DNA of 64,000 nucleotides from the human T2T-CHM13v2.0 reference genome, Homo sapiens: assembly GCF_009914755.1 (NCBI RefSeq), contig NC_060928.1; one strand, written 5' to 3'. Positions 46,172 through 59,058 of the stretch are shown here, in pieces. The notes under the pieces were generated by a model. That model did not search any database. It was given only the letters and a program-made list of their open reading frames with translations, and was not told the origin of the DNA. A program made the position numbers and the translations under genes. Every line of letters starts with the position of its first letter. The stretch's first letter is position 1.

Positions 46172-49100
46172 TAAATTTTTTTATTTGTATAATTTTAAGG
46201 GGTACAAGAGCAGTTTTGTTACATGGATATATTGCACAGTGGTGAAGACGGGGTTTTTAGTGTAACCGTCACCCAAATGTACATTGTACCCATTAGTAAT
46301 TTCTCATTCCTTACCCCTCTCCCACCCTCCCACTTTTGGGAGTGTCCAATGTCTGTGTACATATACATATTTCTTTTGTGTATATATATATACAAGAAAT
46401 ACATATATATATACCATATTTCTTTTGTGTATATATGTATACACAAAAGTGGAGGGTGGAAGAGGGATGAGGGATGGGTGCAATGCACATTATTTGGGTG
46501 ACAGTTACACTAAAAGCCCAATATTTACCATTGTGCAGTATATTCATGTAACAAAACTGCCATTGCACCCCTTAAAATTACATATGTGATACATATATAT
46601 ATATATCTATATATATCTCTCACATTTTCTTTATCCAGTCATCCATTGATGGACACAGGTTGATTCCATGACTTCACTATTGTGAAGAGTGCTGTGATAA
46701 ATATATGTCAGGAATCTTTTTTATATATGATGTATTTTCCTTTGGGTAGATATCTAGTAGTGGGATTGCTGGATGAAATGGTAATTCTAATTTTATTTCT
46801 TTAAGAAGATTCCATATTATTTTCCATAAAGGCTGTACTAATTTACATTTCTACCAATAGTGTATAACTGTTCCCTTGTTTCTGCATCCTTGCCAACATC
46901 TGTTATTCTTTGACTTTTTAATAATAGCCATTCTGACTGGTGTAAGATAATATCTCATTGTAGTTTTGATTTGCATTTCTCTGATGATTAGTGATATTGA
47001 ACATTTTTTCATATCTTTATTGGCCACTTGTATATCTTCTTTTGAAAAATGTCTCTTTATGCCCTTTGCCCACTCTTTATTGGGGCTTTTAGGGTTTGTC
47101 ATTCTTGTTTGAGTTACTTGTAGATTATGGATATTAGTCCCTTGTCAGATGCATAGTCCGAAAATATCTTCCCTCATTCTGCAAGTTGTCTGTTCACTCT
47201 GTTGATTATTTATTTTGCTATGCAGAAGCTTTTTAGTTTAATTAAGTCCCATTTGCCTATTTGTTTTGGTTGCTTGTGTTTTTAAGGTCTTAGTCATAAA
47301 TTCTTTGCCTGGGCCAATGTCCGGAAAAATTTTTCCTAGATTTTCTTCTAGGATTTTTAGAGCTTCAGGTCTTACATTTAAGTCTTGAATTCATCTTGGG
47401 TTGATTTTTTTATATGGTGAGAGATATGGGTCCAATTTCACTCTTTTAGTATGGCTAGCCAATTTTCCCGGCACCATTTATTGACTAAGGACCTTTTCCC
47501 TATATATGTTTTTGTTGACTTTATTAAAGATAAGTTGGCTGTAGGTATGTGGGTTTATTTCTGGGTTCTCTATTCTGTTCCATTGATCTATGTGTCTATT
47601 TTTATACCAGTACCATGCTATTTTGGTTACTTAGCCTTGTATTAAGACTATAATTCGAAGTCAGACAATGTGATGTCTCCTGCTTTGTTCCTTTTGCTTA
47701 GGATTGCCTTGGATAGTCGAGCTCTTTTTTGTTTCCATATGAGTTTTTAGAATTATTTTTTCTACTTCTGTGAAAAACGACATTGGTATTTTGACAGGAA
47801 TTGCATTAAATCTGTAGACTGCTTTAAGAATCAACATTGAATCAAAAGAATCAGTATTTCAACAATATTGATTCTTCCCATTTCACGAGCATGGGATACT
47901 TACTCATTTGTCTGTGTCATCTACGATTTCTTTCATCAGTGTTTCACCATTTTCCTTTCTTTTCACTTCCTTGGTTAAATATATTCCTAGGTATTTTATT
48001 ATTTTTGTAGCTATTGTAAATGGGATTGATTTCTTGATTTGGTTCTCAGCTTATTTTTGGTATATAGAAATGCTAATGATTTTTGTACACTGATTTCATA
48101 TCTCGAAACTTTACTGAATTCATTTATCAAATGTTAAGAGTCTTTTGGAGAAGGCTCTAGGGTTTTCTATGCACAATTTCATATCAGCAACCAGAGATAA
48201 TTTGAAATCCTCTTTTCCAATTCAGATGTATTCTTTCTGTCTCTTGCCTGATTGCTCTGGCTAGAACTTTCCATACTATGTTGAATAGGAGTGGTAAAAT
48301 TGAACATCCTGTCTTGTTCCACTTCTTGTGGGAGAAGAGGATATTTTAACTTTTCTCCATTCTGTATGATGTTGGCTGTGGGTTTGTTGCCTATGTCTTT
48401 TATCATTTTGAGGTATGTGTTCCTTCTATGCCTAGTTTTTGAGGGTTCTTATCATGAAGTGATGCTAAATTTTATCAAATGCTGCTTCTGCATCTATTGA
48501 GATGATCACATAGTTTTTTGTTTTTAATTTTGTTTATGCAATGAATCACATTTATTGATTTGTATATGTTGAACCCTCCTTGCATTTCTGGAATAAAACC
48601 CACTTGATCGTGGTGTATTACATTTTTGAGGTGCTCATGGATTCAGTTTGCTAGTATTTTGTGGGAGATTTTTGCATCTGTGTTCATCAGAGATATTGTT
48701 CTGTAGTTTTCTTTTTGTGTTATATCCTTGTCTGGCTTTGCTATCAGGGTGACATTGACTTTGTAAAATGAATTAGGGAGGATTTCCTCCTCTTCAACAC
48801 ATGGGAATAATTTCCGCAGAATTGGTACAAGTTCTTCTTTGTATGTTTGGTAGAATTTGGCTATGAATCCATCTGGTCCTAGGCTTTCTTTTCTTAGGAG
48901 ATTTTTTATTACTGATTCAATCTCACTACTTGTTATTGCTCTGTTTAGAATTTCTGTTTCTTCGTGGTTCAATCTGGAAATAATATGTTTCCAGGAATTT
49001 ATCCATTTCCTCTAGGTTTTCTAAGTGTGTGGGCATATCGTCATTCATAGCAGTCTCTGATAATCTTTTGTATTTTTATGAGATCATTCATAAGTGTGTC

Positions 49101-49835
49101 TTTTTTCATTTCTGATTCTTTATTTGGATTTTCTCTGTTTTTTTTTGGTAAGTCTAGTGAGTGGTTTATCAATTTTGTCTTTTCAAAAACACAACTTTTC
49201 ATTTCATTGATTTTTTTGTACTTTTTTTACTTCAATTTTATATAGTTCTACTCTGATCTTTGTTCTTTCTTTCCTTTTGCTAGCTTTGGGTTTGGTTTGC
49301 TTTGGTTTCTCTAGACTCATAAGGTGTAACAGTAGGTTACTAATTTGTGGTGTTTCTTTTTATGTTTGCATTTAACACTATAAACTTCCCTCTTAACACT
49401 GTTTTTGCTGTGTCCCAGATGTTCTGGTATGTTGTGTCCCCATTTTTATTCATTTCAAAAAAAATCAATTTTTATCTTAATTTTGCATTCTTCAGGAGCC
49501 TGTTGTTTAATCTCCATGTATTTGTAAAGCTTCAAGAGCACCTATTGTTATTGACTTCTCTTTTAATTCAATATGGGTTAAGAAAATATGTATTATAATT
49601 TTGATTTTCAAAAATTTATTGAAACTTCTTCTCTGACCTGAATAAAATCTATCTTGGAAGTGTTCCATGTGCTGATGAGAAAAAATGTATATATTCTGCA
49701 GTTATTGAGTAGAATATTCTATTAGGTCCATTTGGTCTAAAGTCCAATTTAAGTCCAGTGTTTCTTTGTTGATTTTCTGTGTCAATGATCTGTCTAGTGT
49801 TGTCAGTGGGGTGTTGAAGTCCCCCACTATTATCA
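46172..49835 (-). mobile_element. L1MA1-3-like element, 5'-truncated, with rearranged 3'UTR
   Basis: L1MA 3' end (AAGGGGTACAAGAGCAGTTTTGTTACATGGAT); ORF2 peptides ([21 protein letters not shown]). Confidence 0.85.
46190..46580. repeat. Inverted repeat (arms ~46190-46338 and ~46444-46580) around a TA-rich spacer
   Basis: TAATTTTAAGGGG...CAGTTTTGTTACATG...TTTTAGTGTAAC is reverse-complemented in the right arm. Confidence 0.88.
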
Positions 49836-50611
49836 AATTGTAAGAAGGGTATTGAAGTGTCCTACTATTATTATATTGCTATCAATTTATCATTTCAGAT
49901 CTGTCAATATTTGCTATATATATTTAAGGACTCAAATGTTGGGTGCATATATTACAATGGTTATATCTTCCTACTGAATTGACCCTTTCATCATTGTGAA
50001 GTAACCTTTTAGTCTCTAAAGATAGTTTTTTTACTAAAGCGTACTTTTCTAACATAACTACAGCCATTCCTCTTTTATTTCATTTACAATTTCCATGGAA
50101 TATCCTTTTCCATCTTTTCACTTTTAGCATATGTGTATCCTTGAATCTAAAGTGAGTTTCTTATAACAGCACGCAGTTGGATGTTGTTTTTAATCTAGTC
50201 ATCACTCCATTATCTTTTTAATTGTAGAGCTTATTTCGTATACATCTTTAATAATTATTAATAAAGATTTACTATTGCTATTTTCTTAGCTATTTATTAA
50301 CTATTTGTCTTGTAGTTCTTTTGTCCCTCTTTTTCTCTTGCTGTCTTTTGTGTTTTTTTGTATTGACAGTTTGGATTACTTTATCTGTTGTGTAACTTTT
50401 ATAAGTATTTTCCTTGTGGTTACCAAGGGGCTTACATAAAATATTTTATAATAGTCTATTTTAGGCTGATAACAATGTAACTTCCCTTGCATCCAAGTAC
50501 TCTTCAATTTACCTCTCCTCCCGCATATTATATGCTATTGATGTAAAATTTACATGTATTTATATTACATACGCATTAACATACTTTAGTTATCATTGTC
50601 TTTAATACTTT

Positions 50612-50990
50612 CATCTTTTTTCTTTAATAAAAATTACTTAAAACAATTAGGATTATTTGTCTAAATTCTTTTATGAATTTATTTTATTTTTATTTTTTAC
50701 TTTTAGGTTTGGGAGTACATGTGCAGGTGTGTGATATAGGTAAACTCATGTCATGGGAGTATGTTGTACAGATTATTTTTTGTCACCCAGGCACTAAGTC
50801 TAGTACCCAGTGATTATTTTTTCTGTTCCTCTCCCTCCTCCCCACCTCCACCCTCAAGTAGGCCCCAGTGTCTGTTGTTCCCTTCTTTGTGTTCATGAGT
50901 TCTCATCACTTAGCTCCCACTTATATGTGAGGACAAACAGAATTTGGTTTTCTGTTCCTGCATTAGTTTGCTAAGGATAATGACCTCCAG
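50612..50990 (-). mobile_element. Short L1PA13-15 3' fragment with extra 3' sequence
   Basis: L1PA 3'UTR at 50679-50990 (GTACATGTGCAGGT...GTCACCCAGGCACTAAGTCTAGTACCC); non-L1 block between two T-rich tracts at 50612-50678. Confidence 0.85.
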
Positions 50991-51268
50991 CTACAATTTA
51001 CCTCTCCTCCCCTCACAATATATGCTATTGCTGTCAAATTTTACATATATTTGTTATGTATACATTAGCATAATTTAGTTACCATTGTCTTTAATACTTT
51101 TTAACTTTTATAGTAGAATTAAAAGTGATTTACTCATCACTATTATAGTAATATACCACTTTCTTTTGATCTATGTATTTACCTTTACCAACAAGTTTCA
51201 TACTTTCCTACACTCTTGTGTTTCTGTTTAGCATCCTTTCATCTCAACTTTAAAAATTCTCTTTAGCA

Positions 51269-52415
51269 ATTTGGTCACAACAGTGACAGAAATTGCTGGA
51301 TAAGCGAAGTGCCACTGGGTTCTTTGCCCTCCCTTCACACCTTGGGATAAATCTGTATCAAGATGGTTCTTTTCTAGATTTCCTCTACCTTTCTGCACTT
51401 ACCTTTCTGCTCTGAGAAGCACAGCTACCTGCCTTCACTGAAATATACCTCAGGCTGAGAGATTTGGGGTGGGAGAGCAGGTCAGTTCATCTTCTGCAGG
51501 AAGGTGCAGCTTTTCCATATCAGCTCAACCATGCCGCCAGTCCATTCTTAAGGAACTGCTGACCAGGACTGATGATGATGCATTTTAGCTTTGAGTTTTT
51601 GGGGGTTATTCTACCAATAAACAGTCTATTGGGAAGAAAACAGTCCCAGGAATTAACAGATCAGAATGTTCACACTGGTTAATCTTTTTCTAACAATGAG
51701 CATGAAAGGTAGCAGAAGCTGGTATGTTTCCAGATGGTTCTTCTAATCAAACTAATTTTTCACTGTTGACAAGTGAGGCAAGGGTTGCACTGGACCGAAG
51801 GCTGAGGCTTGGCCATCTAGCATTCCACACAAAATTGTTTCCCATAAGCATTCCTTTTATTCTCTATTCTATCCTAGGTCTGCCTCACCATGAGACAGGA
51901 AAGCCTCCGGTACTAGCTGCTGTAGCAGTGCCCTTCATCCAGGGCAGCTAAAGGAGTCTTGGACCCTTTCTTTCTCTGGGATCCCTGCCCAGCACCTTCC
52001 TACAGAGATGACTTTAAAAGGAAAAAAAAAAAGGAAAAACAACACCCCATTCCAAGGAGTCTGGCATTCCTGAATCCTCCTTCCCTGCTAGGTGCCTGTC
52101 ACCTGTCTTCACTGCCTCCTTTTCCCTGTCATGCTCATCAGCTTATGGCTTCTGTCCAAGCACCTGAACAGAGGACTAGAACCTCCACTGCAGGCTGGTT
52201 TTAGGTCTTGATTTATGTCAGAATCTTGCATAGCACTGCTAATGTAAATTTCAGTTTTTTCCCTCTAAGACAAACACCAAAATATCCAACTTTTTTTGGT
52301 GGGAAGAGAGATTGTCCTGTGATTTCTATCCATTTCCTGAGGCCTGTGGAAATAAACTTCATGTACTTAAAGTTATACAGAAAATAGAATAAACTTAACA
52401 CCAAACTTGAAAAAA
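51269..52415 (+). pseudogene. CAP1: 5'-truncated processed pseudogene of CAP1 (cyclase-associated actin cytoskeleton regulatory protein 1): last 10 codons plus ~1.1 kb 3'UTR
   Basis: 51271-51303 translates LVTTVTEIAG*, which I recognise as the CAP1 C-terminus. AATAAA at 52351 and 52388, short A tail, degenerate TSD AAAAATTCTCTTTAGCA (51252-51268) / AACAATTCCCTTTGGCA (52414-52430). Confidence 0.85.
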
Positions 52416-52909
52416 CAATTCCCTTTGGCATTTCTTGTAAAACAAGTCTAGTGGTGATAAACTCCCTTGGCTTTTATTTGCCTGAAAAAGTCCTTATCTC
52501 CCCTTCATTTTAGTAGGATAGGTTTGCTCATATAGTATTTGGGGGTGACCATTTTTTTCTTTTAGCACTTTGATTATATTACCCTACTCCCTTCTGACCT
52601 GCAAGATTTTTGCTAAAAAATATTTATTTATTTATTTATCTATTTTAATAAATCTGCTGATTGTCTTATGGCGCTCCCATGTACACAAGTTGCTTTTCTC
52701 TAGCTGCTTTCAAAATTCTCTAGCATTTGACCACTTGTATATGTTGTGCCTCTTTGTATTCATTTTATTTGGTGTCCTTTGGGCTTCCTGGAGCTGGATT
52801 ACTATTTTCTTCCCTAGGTTTGGAAATTTTTCAGCCATTATTTCTTTGAATAAGCTTTCTATCCCTTCCTCTTTCTCTTCTCTCCTTCTTTAATTCAAAT
52901 AATGTATAT

Positions 52910-53019
52910 ATTGTTCTGCTGAGTAGTATCCATAAGTCCCTTAAGTGATCTTCATAGTTTTTTCATTGTTCTGCTGAGTGGTATCCATAAGTCCCTTAAG
53001 TGATCTTCATAGTTTTTTC
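52910..53019. repeat. 55-bp tandem duplication, 1 mismatch
   Basis: ATTGTTCTGCTGAGT(A/G)GTATCC...TAGTTTTTTC occurs twice. Confidence 0.95.
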
Positions 53020-54951
53020 ATTCTTTTTTTTTTTTTTTGGCTCCTTTGATTAGAAAATTTCCAATGACCTGTCTTCAAATTCACTGATCATTTCTTCTGT
53101 TCTCTCTAGTCTGCTATTGAACATCTCCACTGAATTTTTCAGATCAGTTGCTGGATTCTTCAGCTCTATCACTTCTGTCTGACTTTTTTCTATCTCTGTT
53201 GAAATTCTCACATTGTTCATACAATGCTCTCCTGATCTCAGTAAGGATCCTTATGGCCATTATTTTGGATTCTTTGTTAGATAAATTACTTATCTAAATT
53301 TCATGAAGGCCAGTTTCTAGAGCTTTGTTATTTCATTTGGAACATATTTCCCTATTTCTTCATCTTCCTTGACTCTCTTTATTGCTTTTGGCATATTAGA
53401 CTATAACTCTCCCAGTCTCGTCAGACTGGCCATGTGTAGGAGATGAACCTAACCAATCAGCCTGGCCAGAGATTCTGGGTGCCTCTGAAACCAGTGAGCT
53501 TGTCCAAAATCTCATCTTTGCTCTTACCGTCCCCCAGGAGATTAGGGTGTGCCAAGCCCATTCAGTGCCCCTAGAAAGTCAGTATGGAATTAAGTCCTTC
53601 AAGATGCGGCCAAAAAAGTTGAGGAGTTAGACATGTGTTCCAGTTCCTTTTCTCCTCAGGGAGAAACTGGTAGCTAATTTTATCTCACTCACTCTGCTCT
53701 AAGATGGAGAGAGGATCAGTGGCAAACATCTCCACTCTCATTCAGACCACACACTCTTTCAACCCACTGCTTTGCTTTTTGTCACCCCTGGCTTCCATCT
53801 GCTCTCAGAAACAGGTGGAATAGCTGGAGTCTTGGTTCTATCTCTTGAGTGAACCACAAGGAGGAGCTACAGAAATTTCCCACACACTCATTTAGTCTCT
53901 CAGAGAAATACAAATAGCCTGTTTCATCAGCTGCCAGATGAGAGCTAATTAAAGGCCCGACCCACAGGCAGCAGCTGGTAATGTTAGGACATTAGGTGTG
54001 TAGTCAAACCCCTTCCAGGGAGAAATTGGGAGCTAGCTGTTGTAGCCTTCTTGCTCTGCACTAGCCAGAAGGAGTAGCCACTAGAAATGTTCACACATCC
54101 ATTTAAACCCACCTCTTCGTTCTATGTGGTCTCAGGGAACTCCCAAATGCCAAGAACCATTCAGCCCCAGAGCTAGGTGATTCAAGTAGCCAGCCCCTCA
54201 AGTAGGAGCTTTAAAAGCTGCATGCTTATGTGTGGATAAACTGACAAGGAGAAGCTGGAGACCTGATTTTATCACTGAAGCAGGACAGGGATAAAAAGCA
54301 TGAGGAGCGCCCATACACTCATTTAAACTTCCCTAGAGGTCTACCTGTTTCATCAGCTCCCAGATGCAGGCAAGTTAGAAACCTGACCCACAGGCAGCAG
54401 CTTGGAAAGTGTGCAGGCAAATCCCTTCCAGGGAGAAACGGGGATCTAGGAGTTTCTTCCTATTCACTCTGCATTAAATTCATGGGATAGCTGCTGGAAG
54501 TGCTCATGCGCCTGTTTAAATCCACATCTTTATTCTCTGTGGTCCTAGAAGACTCACAAGTGTAGAGGCCTATCAGTTCCCACAGCTAGATGATTTAGAA
54601 GCCAATCCCTCATGTAGGAGCTATAAAAGTTGGAGCACTCAATATGTGAACAAACTCCTTTGAAAGACAAGCTGAAGACCTGGTTTTATTGCTAGAGCCA
54701 GCCACAAGGAAAAGGTAGGTCTTGTATTTTTAGAAATAACCAAAGGAAACAAATACAACAATTTTTATAATATTCTTCATATTTTTCTGCATTGCAAACT
54801 TTTCAAGAATTTATTCTGAGATTTTAAAATGTTAATAAAGTATGGATTAAACACGAGCTAAAAAAATAAGTGGATACGTGATACATAAATGTAGATGACA
54901 ACATTTTTCCTGATAAAAAGAAAACTCTCACAGAGATTATAGAGCCCGGAG

Positions 54952-55090
54952 ACAGTATTTCTCAACTAAACGTAGTATTAAGGTCACCAGAAGAACTCTA
55001 AAACTATACAAGTGACTACCAACCCTACTGACTCAGATGCTAGGGACAAAAGTATGGTTTTTTTTAAGTGTAATTCTAGTGCACATAAAT
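54952..55090. mobile_element. MER5-like DNA transposon fragment
   Basis: CAGTATTTCTCAAC...GTCACCAGAAGAACT...CCTACTGACTCAGA resembles MER5. Confidence 0.4.
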
Positions 55091-55435
55091 ATCCTGGGGA
55101 ATGTACAGACCAAGGGGGCAGAAGGCATAACTCTCCAGCTTGGAAAGGATGAAGCAATGTATTATAATCTTCCCCAGATTCTCTTGGCTTTCTCTTTTAA
55201 TCTACAAGATAAAATAAGATAAAATAGGAAAAAGAATTTACAGAGGAACTCCAGGTTTTCAAGAATAATAAGACACTATCCTGGATTAGAGTTCATATAA
55301 TTAGAGAAAGTAGCAAAGCAACTAATCCTATCTGAAGAACAAAGTTTATCTTAAATTAGAAAGAGCAGTTAATGTTATATGTAGGCTTTTTGATGTAGAA
55401 AACAAAAGAAAGTACACATAAAAAATTTTGAGAGA

Positions 55436-56090
55436 TCTTGGTGGGTTCCCTGCTGCAGTGCTCATCCTGTGCTCTCTTGTTCCCTGGGCTGTCTCCTCCG
55501 CTTGCTTTCTGGCTCTACCATGCCCTGCTCTGAAGAGACACCTGCCATTTCCCTCAAGAAGCAGGCCAGCCTGCGGAGGAGAGTGGCATGCAGCCCCACT
55601 TTGCCTGGCTCCCTGAGCACACCGCAGACTCAACTCAGGGATCCACAGGGACCACAGACTATGACCTATACAGTGCCTATTATTATACAATACTACCTAT
55701 GGACAAAGTTCTTGTGAAAACAGACATCCAGATATGTCTTGCATGTGGATGTTATGGAATAGTTGCTCTATGGTCTGGCTTGGCTGCAAAACACTTTATA
55801 GATGTAGGAGCTGGTGTCATATAAAGACTACAGAGGAAATTTTGGTGATATAATGTTTAATTTTGGCAAAGAAAAGTTTCAAGTCAAAAAAATGATTGGA
55901 TTGCACAGCTCATTTATGAATGAATTTTTTATACATAAAGAGATATTCAAGACTTGGATGATACTGAAGGGGGTTCAGGAGATTTTGGTTTCACTGGAAA
56001 AAATCAAAATTTATGCCAAGAATAGTAAATGAAAAAATTATACCTTTTTCTTAAAAGTAAAGAGTTTTTGCTTAAAAAGAAAAACAAAAA
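55436..56090 (+). pseudogene. DUT: Processed pseudogene of dUTPase (nuclear isoform)
   Basis: ATG at 55520: MPCSEETPAIS; YDLYSAY; SGLAAKHFIDVGAGVI; DYRGNFG..FNFGKEKF; ends TGKN with the stop changed to CAA at 56005. Intronless, several frameshifts, A-rich tail at ~56074-56092. Confidence 0.95.
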
Positions 56091-56224
56091 AACTTAATTC
56101 CTTTTTCCTTTAAAGCAGAATTTGTCAAAATTATAATTAGTTAAATAATGCTAAATAAGAATTAAATTTGTGGGGTAGAAGGGTCTCTAATGAACACTCG
56201 ACTTGAAGTTTTAGAATAAAATGT

Positions 56225-56320
56225 AGCTGGGTCAGAATATCAAGCCCGTTGTTTACTACCTGTAAAACTTTGGTTGAATTACTTAACCTGCATGAGCTTG
56301 AGCTTCCTCAGCTTCAGAAT
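56225..56320 (+). mobile_element. MIR fragment
   Basis: TTACTACCTGT...TTACTTAACCTGCATGAGCTTGAGCTTCCTCAGC, MIR core. Confidence 0.65.
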
Positions 56321-56329
56321 AAAAGTAAA

Positions 56330-57420
56330 CACTAAGGATAACACTAAACATTTTATTATACCAGAAAGCAAGGAAGGAATCAAAGATTGCTTGGTTTATG
56401 TAAAAAGAACCCAGGAGCTAAATCCAAAGGCTCCCAACTATCAAAAACAGAACATATTGAGCAGCAGTAAGAATACTTATTGAAACACATATATTTAACT
56501 CTATGAATCCATAATGATAGTTTTTAAAAAATAAATGATCACCATTGGAGGATGCTAAGCAACAATTTATCTTTTGAAAAGCAATAAATTTTAAAAATCA
56601 AGCATGTATCTTGCCTTTTCTATATGTACTATACCACAGTTCCAACAGTAAACAGTTTTATTTCAACTAATAAGACTAAAATTTATAGGCTATGGCCATT
56701 CTTCAACTCCTAATAAATAATTAGGTCTAGATTTTGATCATCAATGGCCACCAATATTACAAAGAGAGAGAAAACAAACATTTATGTCCCTCCTGATTTT
56801 TTTAGTACACAATACCATCTACAAAGCAGTCTTGCTGAAAGGATTGTGCATTAATCTGATTATGCCTCTAGTCTACAAATTTATAGAAAATACAAAAGAC
56901 AAAGAAACATACTAAAAGACACCATTGGGAAATACTCAGAAAAGCCAGACTAGGAAATTCAAGAGAATAATAAACTTATTTTGATAAATATAATATAATG
57001 AAGAGATAGAGAGGAAGCATATGTATTTTTACAAATTAAGAACTATATCAACCAATTACAATGTATGGATCTTATTTGGATTCTGATTAAAACAAAATTT
57101 ATTAAAAATATGAGGCAATTGGGAAAATTTGAACACAAAGAAGCTAGTTGAGGATATTAAACTATTTTCATTTTATAAGTATGATATTACCATTGTGATT
57201 ATGTTTGAGGTATACATATTAAAATGTTTACAGATTAAAATATATATCTGGTATTTACATCAAAATAATTGAAGAAGGAAAGTAGAAATAAAACATGGTT
57301 GACCATGAATTGAAAATTATTAAAGCTGAGTGATGGGCACATGAGGATTCATGATAATAGTCTCTCCACTTTTGTGTTTGTTTTGCATTATTCACATTAA
57401 GTTTTTTATTTTTTTAAAAA
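56330..57420 (+). mobile_element. L1MC/L1MD-type 3' region
   Basis: GGATCTTATTTGGATTCTGATT, GAGGCAATTGGGAAAATTTGAAC and GCTGAGTGATGGGCACATGAGG motifs. Confidence 0.65.
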
Positions 57421-57688
57421 AAGGGGGTTCTGCCCCTCTCTCTTCCTGAATCCTTGCTTATACTGGCCAGGCTGCTTTTCAGTGAGAAGGCATCTGACAG
57501 AGAGCTCATTACAGCCTCTGACCATACTCACAGGAGTTGAGGAACATTGAATCCGAGGGAGAGCCTGAATTCCTACAAAAGCTCATCTCTAAGGTTTCCA
57601 CCTTGAACTAGATCTGCTAAAAGACAATCATCAAAAAAGTGAGGCTAATAAAAGAGAAAAATCATACCAATGTTTTTAACGAAAAGGA

Positions 57689-58097
<409 letters not shown>

Positions 58098-58307
58098 CTA
58101 ATGAGAGATCCCACCTTAGGTAGCTAGCTAGAAATGCCAAAGGAAGTTAGTTCCCTAATCTGCCAAAGTTAAAATTAATTCTATCAAAGTTAAAGATGAT
58201 CCTAACAAAACTGAAGTACCTACCTGATCATCTATACTGATGCTACCTTATCAATATTTGCAAAAATTTTTTCTAGCACAGAAGAAAAACGATCACAAAA
58301 TGAAGGT

Positions 58308-58680
58308 TTTTATGGTTTGAATATGTCCTTCCAATTTTTTCTGCTGAAAATTTAATCCCCACATTCATATGTTGATGGCATTGGGAAATGGGGCTTTAGG
58401 GAGGTAATTAGGATTAGATAAAGTCATCAAGGTGGGAACCCCATGATAGGACTAGTGGCTTTATAGGAAGGAAGACAGACCTGAGCTGACATGCTCCCTT
58501 GCTCTCATCACGTGATACTTTCCACCATATTATGATATAACACAAACACCTTGCCAGATGCTTGTGCTATGCTCTTCGACTTCCCAGTCTCCAGAATCAT
58601 GAGCCAAATAAACTTATTTTCTTTATAAGTTACCTAGTTTGTAATAATCAGTTATAGCAATGGGAAACAAACCTAAGACA
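58308..58680 (+). mobile_element. MaLR solo LTR (MSTC/MSTD-like)
   Basis: TATGGTTTGAATATGTCC start, AATAAA, ...CTAAGACA end; TSD AAGGT/AAGAT. Confidence 0.85.
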
Positions 58681-58790
58681 AAGATTTTGGAGGTTCTGCA
58701 TATTGTCAAGCAGAAGAAGAGAGGACATATTGCTTGAGAGCATCATAGAGGAACAAAAGCTCTGGCCAATATACATAAATAGGAAACACA

Positions 58791-59058
<268 letters not shown>

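Larger units (their letters stand above)
49845..54710 (-). mobile_element. Old L1M (L1MB/MC-age): EN region, ORF1 and repetitive 5' region; host to later inserts
   Basis: Degenerate colinear L1 antisense that resumes across the inserts at 50612-50990 and 51269-52415. Confidence 0.75.

Noticed and set aside
55520-56007. Retroviral dUTPase linked to the ERV-L pol relic
   Set aside because: It has the cellular DUT N-terminus (MPCSEETPAIS), a cellular-type leader and a tail, and lies 18 kb from the pol relic on the other strand.
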